From: the human T2T-CHM13v2.0 reference genome, Homo sapiens
Strand: one strand, 5' to 3'
NCBI RefSeq assembly: GCF_009914755.1
Contig: NC_060927.1
Length of the DNA stretch: 64,000 bases
Within the stretch, counting starts at the first letter, position 1. Each line of letters opens with the position of its first letter. The position numbers and the translations under genes were made by a program. The notes under the pieces are model-generated. The model saw only the letters and a list, made by a program, of their open reading frames with translations. It had not been told where the DNA came from and did not search any database. This document shows, one piece after another, positions 1 to 18,759 of this stretch.

Positions 1-23
1 AGGTGTGAGCCACAGTGCCTGGC
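1..23 (-). mobile_element. Alu 5' end (cut by window edge)
   Basis: AGGTGTGAGCCACAGTGCCTGGC is the reverse complement of an Alu 5' end. Confidence 0.85.
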
Positions 24-2450
<2,427 letters not shown>

Positions 2451-2479
2451 TTCATCTTTAAACAAATTTGCATTTAAGA

Positions 2480-3790
2480 AGAAAAAAAATTCCTTCTTCC
2501 AAACTTTCTAAAGCTAAACCACATTTACCAGGTTTTTAGATTTGTGTTCTCTTATAATATGCCTTAAAGATATTCCTTAACTTTTTTCATTATGTCCCCT
2601 TGTTTTGGATAAATTGCTCTTACGTTGAGCCTTCTCTTACCCTTTTATTAAGGTATTTATTCATTTACCAGTTTTATTTGAATTATCATAGGAAAATTCA
2701 TTCTCCCTATGAAAATAATTGGCTTTCTTAACTGCAGTTTTATTCAGAAGTACCTAAGTTTATAACAGTTCTTCCTCAGGTTTTTATGACAGGGAATTTA
2801 ACTTCTTTGTTTTTTTTTAATCTTTTTGAGGCAATAAAGTTTTCTGTATCTTTGGCATTTCCAAATTCTTAATAAGTGACCAGTAATCTATCTGTTTCTA
2901 GATTCCTTGGAAACCTCTCGTAAGCTATGATGTGATACAATGCTATGCTAAATTAAAATTTATATATTCTTTGATTTTCATTTTAATGGCTATTAGAAAA
3001 CTTTATCTGAGTAGTGGATTATTAAATATCCAACATGATGTCTTTTATCTTTCTCTGTTCATATTATCTGTATTAGTCCATTTCTACATGATCAAATGAA
3101 AAGAATTTCTGTATCTGAATTTCTAATGGGCTGCTAAATACATTTTTTGCATGATCAAATATATATTCATCATCAAAAAAGACCAATGATTCAAAAAAAT
3201 GTTACCTGTATTCCCATGTTTCAAAATTTTACTGGAATCTATTGGCAGTATCTAAATAATCTATATTATGATGACCTGGTTAATAATATAAAAACATGAG
3301 AGCGCCAGAACTTGCAGATTTTTCTGCTAAAATGATAATTATAAACAATAATAAATTAAATTGAATTTTTACTCAAAGGTCACATTTTCTTCTATGTTTA
3401 TTTTCTTTTTGAAAACTAATCTCAGCTCTCATAAATCCACATATAAGATTGTCTAAAAGATAATTATAATTAAATCAGAAGGGAAATAGAAATCCATCTT
3501 TTTAGAATCAGAACATCTATGTTTCATAATACATTTTCTCCTAGATGGGTGGTCTGTAAAGCCTGATTCCAAATCAGAAGTGGTCTGCAAATTGTCTTGT
3601 GAATTAATGCCATATGGTGGTAATATTTATATTAGATAACATTTTTATTTGGCCTCTAACGTAAATTAATAATCCATTCCTTATGCACATCAACAGGAAC
3701 TGCACATTTCCTATTAATTTCAGTGACATTTGTCTGACAATGGAAATTTTGAGAAGATAGTAAATGAAGTTGTTGGCTTCATGGATTTAA
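2480..3790 (-). mobile_element. Possible very old non-L1 LINE remnant (RTE-X/L4- or CR1-like endonuclease region)
   Basis: Minus-strand frame 3345-3253 reads FIIIILAEKSASSGALMFLYY*PGHHNIDYL, resembling the APE motif LxILNG...G.FTF....G.S.IDY; an upstream N-I-x-PP-like motif lies near 3615-3630. Confidence 0.33.
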
Positions 3791-3819
3791 ATATTTTGGG
3801 GTAGGAGACATAAAACCTG

Positions 3820-4730
3820 CCATTTTAACCAATTTTACATTATGTGGCATTAATTACATTCACAATGTTGTGCAACCATCACCACTATCTATTTCGAAAA
3901 AAAAGAAAAAGAAAAAATTTGAAAACCTAAACAGAAACTCTGTACCCAATAACTTTCAATTTTCCTCTCACTCCACTCCAGCTCCTGGCAACCTCTAATC
4001 CACTTTCTATCTCTGTGAATTTGCCTATTCTAGATTTCTCATACAAGTGAGTCACACAATAGTTGCTCTTTTGTGTCTGGCCCGTTTCACTTAGCATAAT
4101 GTTTTAAAGTTCCATTTATGTTGTAGCATGTGTCATAATTTCATTCCTTTTTATGGATTAATAATTCCTATTGTATAGATATGGGATATATCCCATTTTT
4201 TGTTTATCCATTCGTCTGTCAGTGGACCCTTGGGTTGTTTTCACCTTTTTGCCTTTGTAAACAATACTGCAATGAACCTTGTCATACAAATGTCTGATTG
4301 AGTTCCTGTTTTCAACTCTTTTGTATATATATTTAGAAGTGGAATTGCTGGATCTTATAGTAATTCTGTTTATCTTTTGAGGAACTGCTAAACTGTTTTC
4401 CATAGTGGCTTTACTGTTTTACATTCCCACCAGTAATGTCTGATGGTCTAATTTCTTCACATGGTTGCCAACACTTGTTATTTTCTTGTTTGTTTGTTTG
4501 TTTGTTTACTGCCATCCTAATAAGTGTGAAGTGGTGTGTTGTTGTCATTTTTATTTGTATTTCCCTGATAACTAATTATATTAAGTATCTTTTGTGCTTA
4601 TTGGCCATTTGTGTATCTTCTTTGGAGAAACGTCTGTTCAAGTTATTTGCCCATTTTCTAATTGGATTGTTTATCTTCATGTCGTTGAGTTGCAGGAGTT
4701 CTGTGTATATTCTTGGAATTAAGCCCAATA
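3820..4730 (-). mobile_element. L1MB-type 3' end (ORF2 C-terminus plus 3'UTR)
   Basis: CACAATGTTGTGCAACCATCACCAC, GTGAATTTGCCTATTCTAGA; ORF 4158-4403(-) MENSLAVPQK matches the L1 ORF2 C-terminus. Confidence 0.9.
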
Positions 4731-5156
4731 TATTCATGACTGGATGACCTCCTCTCTCTCCCCTTCACTGCTTGCCCTAGGCCATAGTCCCAGGATATCA
4801 CCTCACTGAACCTGCCTGGACTATTTCTGTTCTTAACACCTTGGCCCAAATTATTTTATTAGATATCTTGGTAAGGTATTTGCGTTTCTGCCCCATTAAC
4901 AAGCAATGAAAAACCGCAGGACTGTCTCTGGAATGTAAGTGAATTTCTCTGCACCTATCAGGAAATAACTGGAAATAATTGGATTCATCTGATTTGACAA
5001 ATAGAGGCTTCAAGGTGCCAATATAAGAGTGGTAAGATGGTATTATACACCAAGTTGGTGAATGTTGGGCGTGCTAACTATCCATGTTACACCTTTAGCC
5101 ATTTGGGAGAAACGTAAACTGTATGAAACTCTGGTGTTGATGGTAGGGCACTGGAA

Positions 5157-5172
5157 CAACTAGGGGGCACTG
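5157..5172 (+). promoter_or_regulatory. Candidate CTCF motif
   Basis: CAACTAGGGGGCACTG versus core CCACYAGRKGGCRS (one mismatch); motif match only. Confidence 0.4.
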
Positions 5173-5659
5173 GGCATCACAGGAAGATAAAGGAAATAGG
5201 AATTTCCTGAAGGAGAAGTAGAAGCCAGCGTTTAACCTGGCCATTTTACTTCTGTTTCTAATTGAGGGTAGGGAACTCAGAGTGGTTGTGGGGTTGCAAA
5301 GGGAAATCTTGAGGATCATGTTTGCATTGAGATACAAACTCAACCGGGAAAAGGGAGTTGATTGCATTTTCTGTACTTTTGGTTAAACTCACTGTGAGGC
5401 CTTGGTTAAGGTCTTCTGTGCGACTCACAGGAGAAAAGTTAAGCAAATAACATATGTATATATATGTCATTAAATAAGGATTGCCGTAATAGATAAATAG
5501 TAAATGGGCATATATTTCCCAACCATAATACCTGTGACTTTCCAAAATGTCAATTCACTTAGACACACCTCTTTCTTTTGTAATGAAGAACATTCTTTAA
5601 AAAGATAGAGTAAACCCACACATTAAGGCTTTGTACTATCAGCACCTAAGAGGCTTTAA

Positions 5660-6543
<884 letters not shown>

Positions 6544-7439
6544 ATGCAGTTGCCTACAGAATTCAGAACATTTGCCATCCTTGACCCTTTCTCTTCCTTA
6601 CCACTTGTATTGGATTATCTATTCATTCTGTTAATTCTTTCATAATAGCTCTTACTCCCTCATTTTTGCCACTACTCAACACCATGTCTGGACTATTTCC
6701 CTGGCTTTGGTCTCTCCTTTCTTTAATTTGTGTTCTGTGACTAAATGCACAACCTGTTTGCAAGTTTCAATGACTGTCCTATCTTGTTCCTCATTGCCTG
6801 AATCCCTGTTTTGGTAACTTGCTTTGCCACTCAAACCTCAAAGACAGGGGGACCCTGATTTTACCAGACTTCTCAGGGACTTGCACATTGTCTCTGAACC
6901 TCAGCCCCATAGCTGAAGCCTTCTCATTTGCTGACTGTGGTCCCTAGATGCAGCCTGGGACAGTTTTACCTTAACTCAAGATGGTTATTGCCAGGCTTAA
7001 CTGGCCAGAGGAGAGATGCCCTGTGTTATCATCGTAATGGCTGCTTGGACCAGCCCAGCTGCCTTACACATACCTACCCAGGATTATTCTTTGCCTGCCT
7101 ATCTTACCCTTTTCCCATTTCCTGCTGCTGGTCCACTGCCATTGTACTGGTTATGGGGAGTTTCCAGGCTCTCAGCTCTCCTCAGTATGGCTCATGAAAA
7201 TGCTTATTCTGTTCTCCTGTCACATTTGCTTCCACAATTCTATGGCTTTTAGTTGAATTCAACATTGTTGATTACCAAACTCTTCTATCCTCTGCAATAT
7301 CCGTGATCACAGTGCATTGCTCCAGCACCTATCCAGTTATGGAAGTCATCTTTGACACCTCACTCTACCTCACATCCAATCCATCAAGTTCTTCTACTTG
7401 TAGGGGTAGCTCTTGAATTTGCTCACTTCCCCATATCCA

Positions 7440-7800
7440 TGGCTTAATTGACAAAAGCCACACTACATTTCCACAATGACGATTGCTCACACTGCATTTC
7501 AGTTTGTACGTCAGCTGTGCTCTGCTGCCTGTTTTTACTCTGTGACCCAGGCTGATGGAGCAGCCTCTCTCTAGAACATTGCTGGTGGTGTGGCAGAGAC
7601 AACAAAGAACACAATTAGCCCTTTGTTGGATCTTGGATCTTCTGTTCAGAAATGTTCTTGTGAAATACCACTATCCTCCCTCCACCATTTTACCAGCCAA
7701 TGCAAGTCACAAAGCCATGCCTGAGTGCATCGAGGCAGAGCTGTACAGTCTTCTCTCGTGGAAGGAAAATGGAGGTAGGAGCCAAATAAAATATACCGCA
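7440..7800 (-). mobile_element. MLT1J/K-like MaLR LTR fragment
   Basis: GACCCAGGCTGATGGAGCAGCC...GGCAGAG and GCAAGTCACAAAGCC motifs. Confidence 0.65.
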
Positions 7801-7862
7801 TCTGCCATCATCACCCTATTCAAGATAGCATCATCTCTTATCTAGGCTACTGCAACAGTCCC

Positions 7863-8739
<877 letters not shown>

Positions 8740-9287
8740 GTGGCCTAACTGGTCTACATATATACACTCTTACACTATTCCTAGTTCTTCTCCATATGAA
8801 CTTTGAGTGATGTTTCAGAGTAAAACAGATCCCATCACTCATCTGCTTAAAACACATAAAAGGATTATTTACTCTAAGCTTAAAGACAATCTCCCAACCT
8901 GGCTTGTTAAATCCTCCATGGTCTGGCCTTTGCCTTCCTCTCCATTCTCATCTTGTACCATGTTTCCCTCACCCTTTGAAATATAGCCACAGTAAAGCTT
9001 TTTTATTCCTATAGAGCCTCTACATGTAATATTCTGTCTCTCTGAGATGAGTTCTTATTTTTCTGCTTTATCTGGTCAGCTCCTACTTATCCTTTAGCTT
9101 TGACCTCAATTTTAAACTATGTAATCAATCTTCTGTTATTGCTCCTATTAGGTCAAATTCCTTTATTATGTGTGCTTCCATGGTACCACATAGCTCACAT
9201 TCATGGCCCTTATCAATGCTGCATTTTTAATTTATTTATAGTTATTTAACTAATACCTGTCTCCCTATAAAGCTGTGTGCTCTAGGG

Positions 9288-9490
9288 TAAGAGTCAGCAT
9301 TTTTTTCTGCAAAAGACCAAATAGTAAATATTTTAGACTCTGTTGCAGCTACTCAACCCTGCTGTTGTAGTGCAAAAGTAGTCACAGACAAAATGTAAAC
9401 AAGTGAGTGTGGCTGTGTTTCAATAAAACTTGACAAAAAAATGTAGTGAGCTATATTTGGCCCATAGCCCTGAGGTTTTTCATACCCCAA
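9288..9490 (+). mobile_element. MER58A (hAT-Charlie MITE)
   Basis: AAATAGTAAATATTTTAG...TCTGTTGCAGCTACTCAAC...GTGTGGCTGTGTTTCAATAAAACTT. Confidence 0.85.
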
Positions 9491-10179
9491 TTGAGGACAT
9501 CAGGCATTGTTTATTTTGCTTACAATTATATCTTCAGTCCCTAGCACATTACTTTATTCACGGTGGGTAGGAATACAGTTGCTGAATGAATTAATGAATT
9601 CTATTCATTTTGATACAAACAGACTTTGGCTATTCTGTTTCCCCCATATTTATTCAAACCATTTATACTCTCAGGAATACCTTCTCCTAATCCAAATTGT
9701 ATGTCACATCTCAAGACTCGTCTTGCTCACCACTCTTTTCATGAAGCTTCTATATATGATTACTCGAGTTTTCAGTATTGGGGTATTCCAAACTCTAATA
9801 CAGTAATTTTCTGTACCCGTAACTTGACTAAATACACTTGTGATAGGATTTTACAGTTCAACAAGGCACCTTCCCAAAGTTTGACACTTTGGATGAAACT
9901 CTCCTGAGTCCTGCTTGTTCCTGGGGAGTCAGAGAGGAAAAAAATAGTGAGAACCAAACACAAAAAATAAGTTGACAAATTATTCTGCTGCATATGTCAA
10001 CGAGAATGCCCTACACTGCGACAAGTACTAGTGCTTGGGTAAGATGTGGGCCCCCAAATTCAGAGGTCAGGACAGTCTTCACTGAGGAGATGACATTTGA
10101 GGTAACTTTTTGAAAATTCACATATTACTTATATTTGGTTTAGGATAACACCAGGTACTTACTTTGATTCCCTTCACCT

Positions 10180-10560
10180 CCCAACTTTTTATTATGAAAA
10201 TTTTCAAGCATAAGGGAAAGTTGAAAAAAAAACCAATTCAGTGAACACCTCAATACTTATCACTAGATTCAAAAATTGTTTATATTTTTCTATATTTGCT
10301 TTATCTTCTCTGTGTACTTTTCTTATGACCCATTTAGAAGTAAGTTATAGACATCAACCATTCTATCTTAAACAATTTATGTGCATTTACTAAAAAGTAA
10401 GAACATTCTCCTACATAACCATAAAACTATTAGCAATTCTTTCCTTCATCTAATATCCAGGCCATATTCAAATTCCCCACTTATCACACAAACTGTCTTT
10501 TTAGCTGCATTTTAAAAAACCCAAGATCCAATCTACTTGACTATTAAGTGAGTCTAACTC
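10180..10560 (-). mobile_element. L1MC/ME-type 3' end fragment
   Basis: TTTTTATTATGAAAATTTTCAAGCATA, AACATTCTCCTACATAACC, CATATTCAAATT. Confidence 0.7.
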
Positions 10561-11299
10561 TTAAAAAATATAGGAATTCTTAAATAAGAAGTAGATTAAA
10601 AGTTCACGCTAGAGAATAGCAGGTGCAAAAACATGGGAGCTCTCTTGATGGAGTAGCAGAGCAATATTCAATTACCTAACAGCCAACAGAATTGGTGGAA
10701 AATGCCTTTGAAGGAGAATGAAGAACCAGATCATGAATGATCTTCAGTATTAGGCAAAGGAACTTTGAATTCGTTCTTCTGTTGAGGTGGGTTTTATCAT
10801 CCCGTAAATTTTGACAGTGTCAAGGCTGAATAGTAAACTGTGGGAACAAGCTCACTAGCATGATATTCATTAGCTTTAGTCTCTTTTTACCTAACCCCCT
10901 TCACTGCAGCATCTTAGATTATCAGATTTTTTAAAGCAGCCCTCTCCGACTGTTGGTTTAAGCTGAACACATTCATGTATTTTTCAAAGAATAGAGAGTT
11001 TCACTTATTGTTAAAGGGACGTCTAGGCATATTCTTCCAGCAAGGGACTGATTTGCCTCTCAAAGGTTACCCTGACAGTCTTAGATAGCATATGGCCACA
11101 GTGGAACTTGACCCCTTTCTCTGCTTTATGGAAGCCTGTCACAGGGGAGTTTATCACAGTCCTTCAAGGGCCAGAACCTACATTGTACTGGTTATAAATA
11201 AGAATAACCATTTGCCCCATCTGATGTGAAAGTGGAAGTTCTTTGAACCAGTTACAATTACATTGTCATTGATGTGAAAACCACAACTCATTCAGCATT

Positions 11300-11385
11300 T
11301 CCCTCCTTTATTTATATAGTTGGAGACTCAAAGGCCAGCGGAGGTTAAATTACTTATCTGGGGTCACAGTGCTAGGCAGTGGCGA
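11300..11385 (-). mobile_element. MIR fragment
   Basis: GAGGTTAAATTACTTATCTGGGGTCACAG resembles the MIR core. Confidence 0.55.
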
Positions 11386-11822
11386 ATAACTGCACTTCAG
11401 TGGGCATGACTATGTGCCAGTCACTGAGCTCCATGCTGTATATAGAGTATCTCTCTGGAGGGGTTACGTGATGAACTCAGATGGCATCAGATATGCAGGG
11501 AACTGGCAGTAGCTTTTCTCATGGTCCCCCAACACCTAGAGTAGCTGTGACAATGTCCGCTTGCTGGTTGCTATTTCAATATTTTTCAGTTCTAGGCATA
11601 TCCTTTGAGTTTAGTCACTGAGTCCATTCACATGACAACTTCTGATTATAATCTTTTAGGGTAAAGCTTAGCCTCTTGGATTTCCTTCTTCTCCTCTCTT
11701 AAATATGGCATTTGGAGGTTTGAGGGGAGGGAAGAGTAAAGGGATCCTGGAATCCATTCTGTCTTATGTTGGATTTCTTAGAAGCAGACCTTGAGGTTAG
11801 GATTCTTTAAAGAAATACTCTG

Positions 11823-12200
<378 letters not shown>

Positions 12201-12419
12201 TTAACCTAGTCATCATGTGAAAATTCAACAAGTTGTTCACAGCATTTCTGCACTTTTATGTATGTATGTTATATTTTTTAAAACTCTGTCCAAAAAATGT
12301 CAAAAAAATGCTATCTCTCCAGCTACACATTTTTTTCTGGCTACTTCTTTCTTTAGATTATATGAATATAGGAGCAACTAATTTTTAAAGTATTTGTGCT
12401 ACAACAGTATTTTTTTTTG

Positions 12420-12930
12420 TTTTTACATAACAGGATTCTTGAAATATAATTTATGTCACATAAAATTAAGTTTACAATTCAGTGATTTTTAGTATATTCA
12501 CAAAGTTGTATAACCATCCCTACTGTCTAATTTTATAATTTTCAACATCCCAAGAAAAAGCCCCATGCTCATTAGCGGCCACCCCCACATTCACTTCTTC
12601 CCCCAGCCCTGACAACCACTAAACTATTTTTTGTATTTATGGAATTGCCTATTCTTGACATTTTATATAAATGGAACCATAGAATATGTGGTCATTTGTA
12701 ACAGGCATCTTTCACTTAGGAAAATGTTTTCAAGGTCCATTTATGTTGTAGCATGTATCAACACTTCATTCCTTTATTGCCAAATAATATTTCATTCTAT
12801 CGATATGCCACATTTCGTTTTTATCTATTAATCAGTGATGGACATTTGGGTTGTTTCCACTTTTTGGCTATTATAAATAATGCTGCTACATTCAGATACA
12901 GGCTTTTATGGGGATATGTGTTTTCATATC
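12420..12930 (-). mobile_element. L1MB-type 3' end
   Basis: AGTATATTCACAAAGTTGTATAACCATC, CTTTCACTTAGG, GATGGACATTTGGGTTGTTTCCAC. Confidence 0.88.
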
Positions 12931-12959
12931 TATTGATACTTAACCAAATAGAAACTTCA

Positions 12960-13632
<673 letters not shown>

Positions 13633-14007
13633 CTAACCCTGAAGGAGAGTGCTATAATCTTGTTATTTCCCAAGGTAGTCCCAGCTTGAGAACTTGAAAT
13701 GAAAAGACTGGGCTTTCCTGCTCCTTCCACACAGCTCACTCACTCTCCCATCAATCATTGCCTAAGAGCCCTCCCGTGACACTTCTAGCTCTAAGGCAGG
13801 TAAGTAAAGCTGCTCCAATAGCCTGAAGGCCCAGCTCCAAAGAATAGTCTCAGGTGTGGGCATTGGAGGCAAAAACAAACATAAATGGACACACAGAACT
13901 TATAAAAGTGATCCAAGGGGATCTGGGGAGAGCATTGAGAGTGTCTGCTCCCTGGTGTTTTCTGGCTTTCCTAGTCTTTACAGAATTGTCTTCTGTCTAC
14001 ATAGTCA

Positions 14008-14428
<421 letters not shown>

Positions 14429-15649
14429 AAGTCTTCCATATGTTGTATAGCCTGTGTACCCTACATGCCTACCTGTTTACTTGCCTTACCACGGTTCACG
14501 CTGGCACACTAAGTCTCTACCACATCCTGTACTGGTTATGGCTTTAGCAGTCTACCACATGGTCCCTGAGATGTGGTGATCATGTTCCTTGCCATGGTGG
14601 GTTCCAGAAATCTCTTTGGCTTTCATCACAGTTACCTTTTCTGTCTCCCCTTGGACTGGGGGTACTTTTACGTTCTCTCCACACCTTATTTGGACTCAGA
14701 AAAGCTGAACCCTGGCTCTCACTCTGCCTACCCATGTGCTTATTTGATTTTAATGGGACCGTCCCTGAAGTTAGAGCCAGCAAAACCTTTGAGGCAATGT
14801 CCTCCTGTGCCTTAGAATTGAATTTGGAAAATCCCCCTCTGGTCTTTCCATTTCCCCCCAAATCTGAAACTTGCCATTTTCAGAGAGGAGCTTATTTGTT
14901 TCCTTTTTTGTTTCCTCCCTAAATCTCTTTGTGTCAGAAGCAGCAAACGTTGGGCATTTCACTTTCTATGTATCATACCCTTCTTAGTAGGGTATCAAGC
15001 CCCACATCCTTGGCCAGAGGTAGACAGGGTACTTATCTTCACTATGGAAAACGCTCTATTTAGTCAGTTATTTTCTGGATAAATTAAAGGAGGGAGATAA
15101 GGGAATTTAGAAATGCCTTTTCTTTTTCAAGTCTTGCTGCATATTTGAGAATCTTACTGTCCAAGTCAGAAGCCAAATTATAGTTTTCTTTCTCTTTGCA
15201 TTCCTGTTTAACAATCCTAATTTACCCCAAGGCAGATGCCTTCTTTAGGCTGTCTAGAGAGAGCTGTCTCTAGCAGAAAAGTATAGAAAAAAAAATTCAT
15301 TAATGTAATTGTTAGAGCAGTATAATTCTGACCCAATATTTAGATTTACAACTTTATGGTTGAGATCAGGTTTCAGATTTCATCTAAATCCTAATTGGTT
15401 AGGAGAGAAAGTGCATGAGGCCAATATCTGCTCCTATCAGCAAATCATCATAGACATGTAATCTACCTCCTCAATATTCTACTCAGGGTGTGGCACACAA
15501 AGTTGTAGAAAGAGGCAAGCAATGACAAAAATTATAATCTCTTGGAGTGGACCATTATTTTCTCACAGTAGAGTGTAATATCATTTTAAAAATGATATAA
15601 CTTTCTAGTTATTAGGCTGTCTTCTAGTCACCAACGCAAATAACCTTTT

Positions 15650-15875
15650 ACTGGTTTGTCCTTTTGCCTCAGGCTGTAATATGACTGCATGATACTGTTA
15701 TCGATTGTCTTTTTTTAAAATTTTGACATTTTATTATGAATATTTTTGCATTACTTTTTATTTTTAAAATAATGCACCAAAATATGGCATATCTTGATTA
15801 CTGGGTTTTTTGGTATTCCCTTAAATTTTGCAGTGGGGCAAGTGCCTCACTTGTTTCACCCTAGTTCCAGCCTGT
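15650..15875 (-). mobile_element. MER96B-like hAT (Tip100) element
   Basis: ATCTTGATTACTGGGTTTTTTGG...CCTTAAATTTTGC...GTGCCTCACTTGTTTCACCCTAGTTCCAGCCTG. Confidence 0.7.
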
Positions 15876-16999
15876 TTGCCCTCAAGATCCAGCCTAACAA
15901 AACCTTCTCTACTGTCACTAGAGAAACTCAGTATTTTATTTATCACTTTGTCTTTACCATTCTTGTGATTCTTACCACTAGAATCATCTGTGTACATGTC
16001 TAATTATCCATCCTACCTCCTTCAATTGTAAGCCACTTGAGGTTGGAATACTGTTTTGATTCACCTTTCATCCTTTTAAATCTGTTAAAGCATGCTGTAC
16101 AACAAAGATTTATTTATGGAAAGAAGAACAGTCTTTAATAAGAAAGGAAAATATAACTATAACATACATTTAGAAATATTTATACCAGAATTGTCATAGG
16201 TTTCTTTTTTTGTTTGTTTGTTTTTGTTTTTGTTTTTTTAGCAAAGGTGTTTGGATAACTTTTAGGCTAACTTTGAAATTTACTTATATCAAACACCTTA
16301 TTCTTCTATGATACAGAGTAAGTGAATTACCATTGTGTTCACTAAATTTCTGTTCTTTTAGCATACTGTGACTGATAGTAGAAAGAAAGGTAGCAGAAAA
16401 ATATAAAAGGAAAAAAAGGTGGAGAAAAAGAGCGATAAAAACCTGAAATTAAATGTTTGCCTTTGATAATCTACAAAAAAGGATAAGCCACATGCAGAGA
16501 CTCAGGAGTTGATTATACAATTTATCTTTAAGCAATTTGATACAATGTTGCCACAGGACATGACATGGTAATTTATTTCTAAAATGTTAGATTCTGTTAG
16601 TATTTTCAGATCAAACTTTGTTTTCTTCTTGACATAATTGATTACTGCTTTCATTGGGATTTATTTTAAAGTAATTCTGTACTGAAAAACTGCAAGGAAA
16701 GTAGAAACTGCACATTTCTCTATTAGGGCAGCTGTGTCTAGAACAGCACAGCAAATTTCTTTATTTTGCTATTTGATTTCTCTATCTCTTTATTGCTCTA
16801 TTCATTGTAGAAAGGACTTCAGGTCACACATCAGTCTTTCAAATGAAGATTACTCAGATACACAGATTGAAAACATTCTATAATCATCAGTAGTGATTTA
16901 GGATATGAAACACGGAAATTTGAGGGCGTGAATTAATTATACCTTTTAAGGATGCTTTACTTCCACTACACAAAGTCCTTCATTGCATTTTCCCACATA

Positions 17000-17493
17000 C
17001 GTTAGTTAGCTTTTGCCGTGTAAAAAACCCCAATTTTTGTAGCCTAAAAGAGTTAACATTTATTACTTCTTATGAGTTTATGGGATGACAGGGAGATTCT
17101 GCTTATTGGGAACAGGATTTGCTGGTCTTGGCTAGGTTCACTCATGGGTCTGTGGTCAGCTGGTAGGTCAGCTAGGGGCTGGCTGGTCTAGGATTTGCCA
17201 AGATGTGACCTTGTCTTTGCTCCATACAGTATGTCACTCTGCAGCAGGCAAAACTGGGCTTGTTGCCATAGCTGTGGTATGGTTTCAAGATAAAGAATGC
17301 AGAAACATGCAAACCCTTGTCAGTCTTAGGCTTGGGACTCTCACACTGTCACCTCAGATGCATCCTATTGGCCAAAGCAAGACATAAAACCATCTCAGAA
17401 TTCTGTGATGAGCTTCAAAGTCACACTGCATGAGGTATGGATATAGGGAAGATAATAATTAGGGTAGGCTATTTTTAGAATAAGTCTACCATA
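17000..17493 (-). mobile_element. MLT1H-like MaLR LTR
   Basis: GTTAGTTAGCTTTTGC start; CTATTGGCCAAAGCAAG; TCTACCATA end. Confidence 0.8.
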
Positions 17494-17605
17494 CAATGCA
17501 TTATATTTTCTTAATTTCTATGTAATTTGTTTCCCAAGATATTTGAGACAGATTTCAGAAAATAAAATTATGCAAAAACTTTACATAATAAAAACTTAAT
17601 ATTAT

Positions 17606-18195
17606 GTGCAGTTGGCAGAATTCCAAGATGGCCTTTAAGATTCCTGCCCCTTCGTTTACATGCCCTGTTTAATTCCCTCCCTTTGAGTATGAGCAGGATC
17701 TGTGGATATAATGGTATACTTACTCTTTTGATTAGTTCACACTATATGGCAAAAGTGATAGGATAGTGATAGGATAATCATGTTATATTAAAAAAGTGCC
17801 TGTCTTTGCAGACTAGAGAGGCTCTCCTTCTGGCTTTGAAGAGGTAAGCTGTCATGTGTGAGGGAGCATGTGACAAGGAACCATGCAGATCTCCACAAAG
17901 CTGAGAGAAGCCTCTGGTTGACAGCCAGCAAGGAAGAGGAGATCTCAGTCCTGCAACTACATAGAACCAAATTCTGTCAACGCCGACTTGACCTTGAGCT
18001 CCAGAAAGGAATGCTGTATAGATGACATCTAACTGGTTTGGCTCAGGGTCTCATTGCAGCTTTGTGAGAACTTCAGCAAAACCAGTTAGGTTGTACCCAG
18101 AATCCTTACCCATAGAAACAAAGATAATAAAGGTATGCTGTTTTAAGCTTCTAAGCTTGTGGTAAACTGGTTTGCAGCAATAGAGAACTAATACA
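17606..18195 (+). mobile_element. MLT1E-like MaLR LTR
   Basis: GGCAGAATTCCAAGATGGCC start; GCAGCAATAGAGAACTAATACA end. Confidence 0.88.
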
Positions 18196-18759
18196 TCAGG
18201 GGGCAAATCCAGAAAATACATTATGAACAAGACATAAATGGAAAATAAGAACAAAATTTTATAGATACTACAGATAGGGACTTTAGACAGTTATTAAGTT
18301 GAAAAACAAATTTAATTCTGAGATTCCTCGTGGCCAAAATCAAAGGAAAAAGATAAACTTTCATTATTATTTTTGCACCTATGTTTGTGTGTAGCACATG
18401 ATTCCTGCTTGCAGGCTTAAAAGACACAAACAGCGTAATGTTAAATATCAATCTTGGGGTAGTAGTGTCAGAAAGGTACAGCTGATATGCAGGGCTTAGG
18501 GCTTAGAGGGGAGTAAGATAGCAGGACAAAAGGATAATTCTGTTGCTGCTGCATTAGAAAGTCAGATAGGATTATTTAAAATGTTGTGGTATTCAATCTA
18601 CCAAAACTGTGGTAGATTTCTCCAAGGAAGCAACTCCCCAGTGGAAATTTATCTCACATCTTCTATGCAGAGCTGAGTGAGGGAAGGGACCAGTTTTAGT
18701 ACCTCTTATCTCTGCTACCAACCTTGTCATTCATCAGGCCCAACGAATAAGAATTCACT

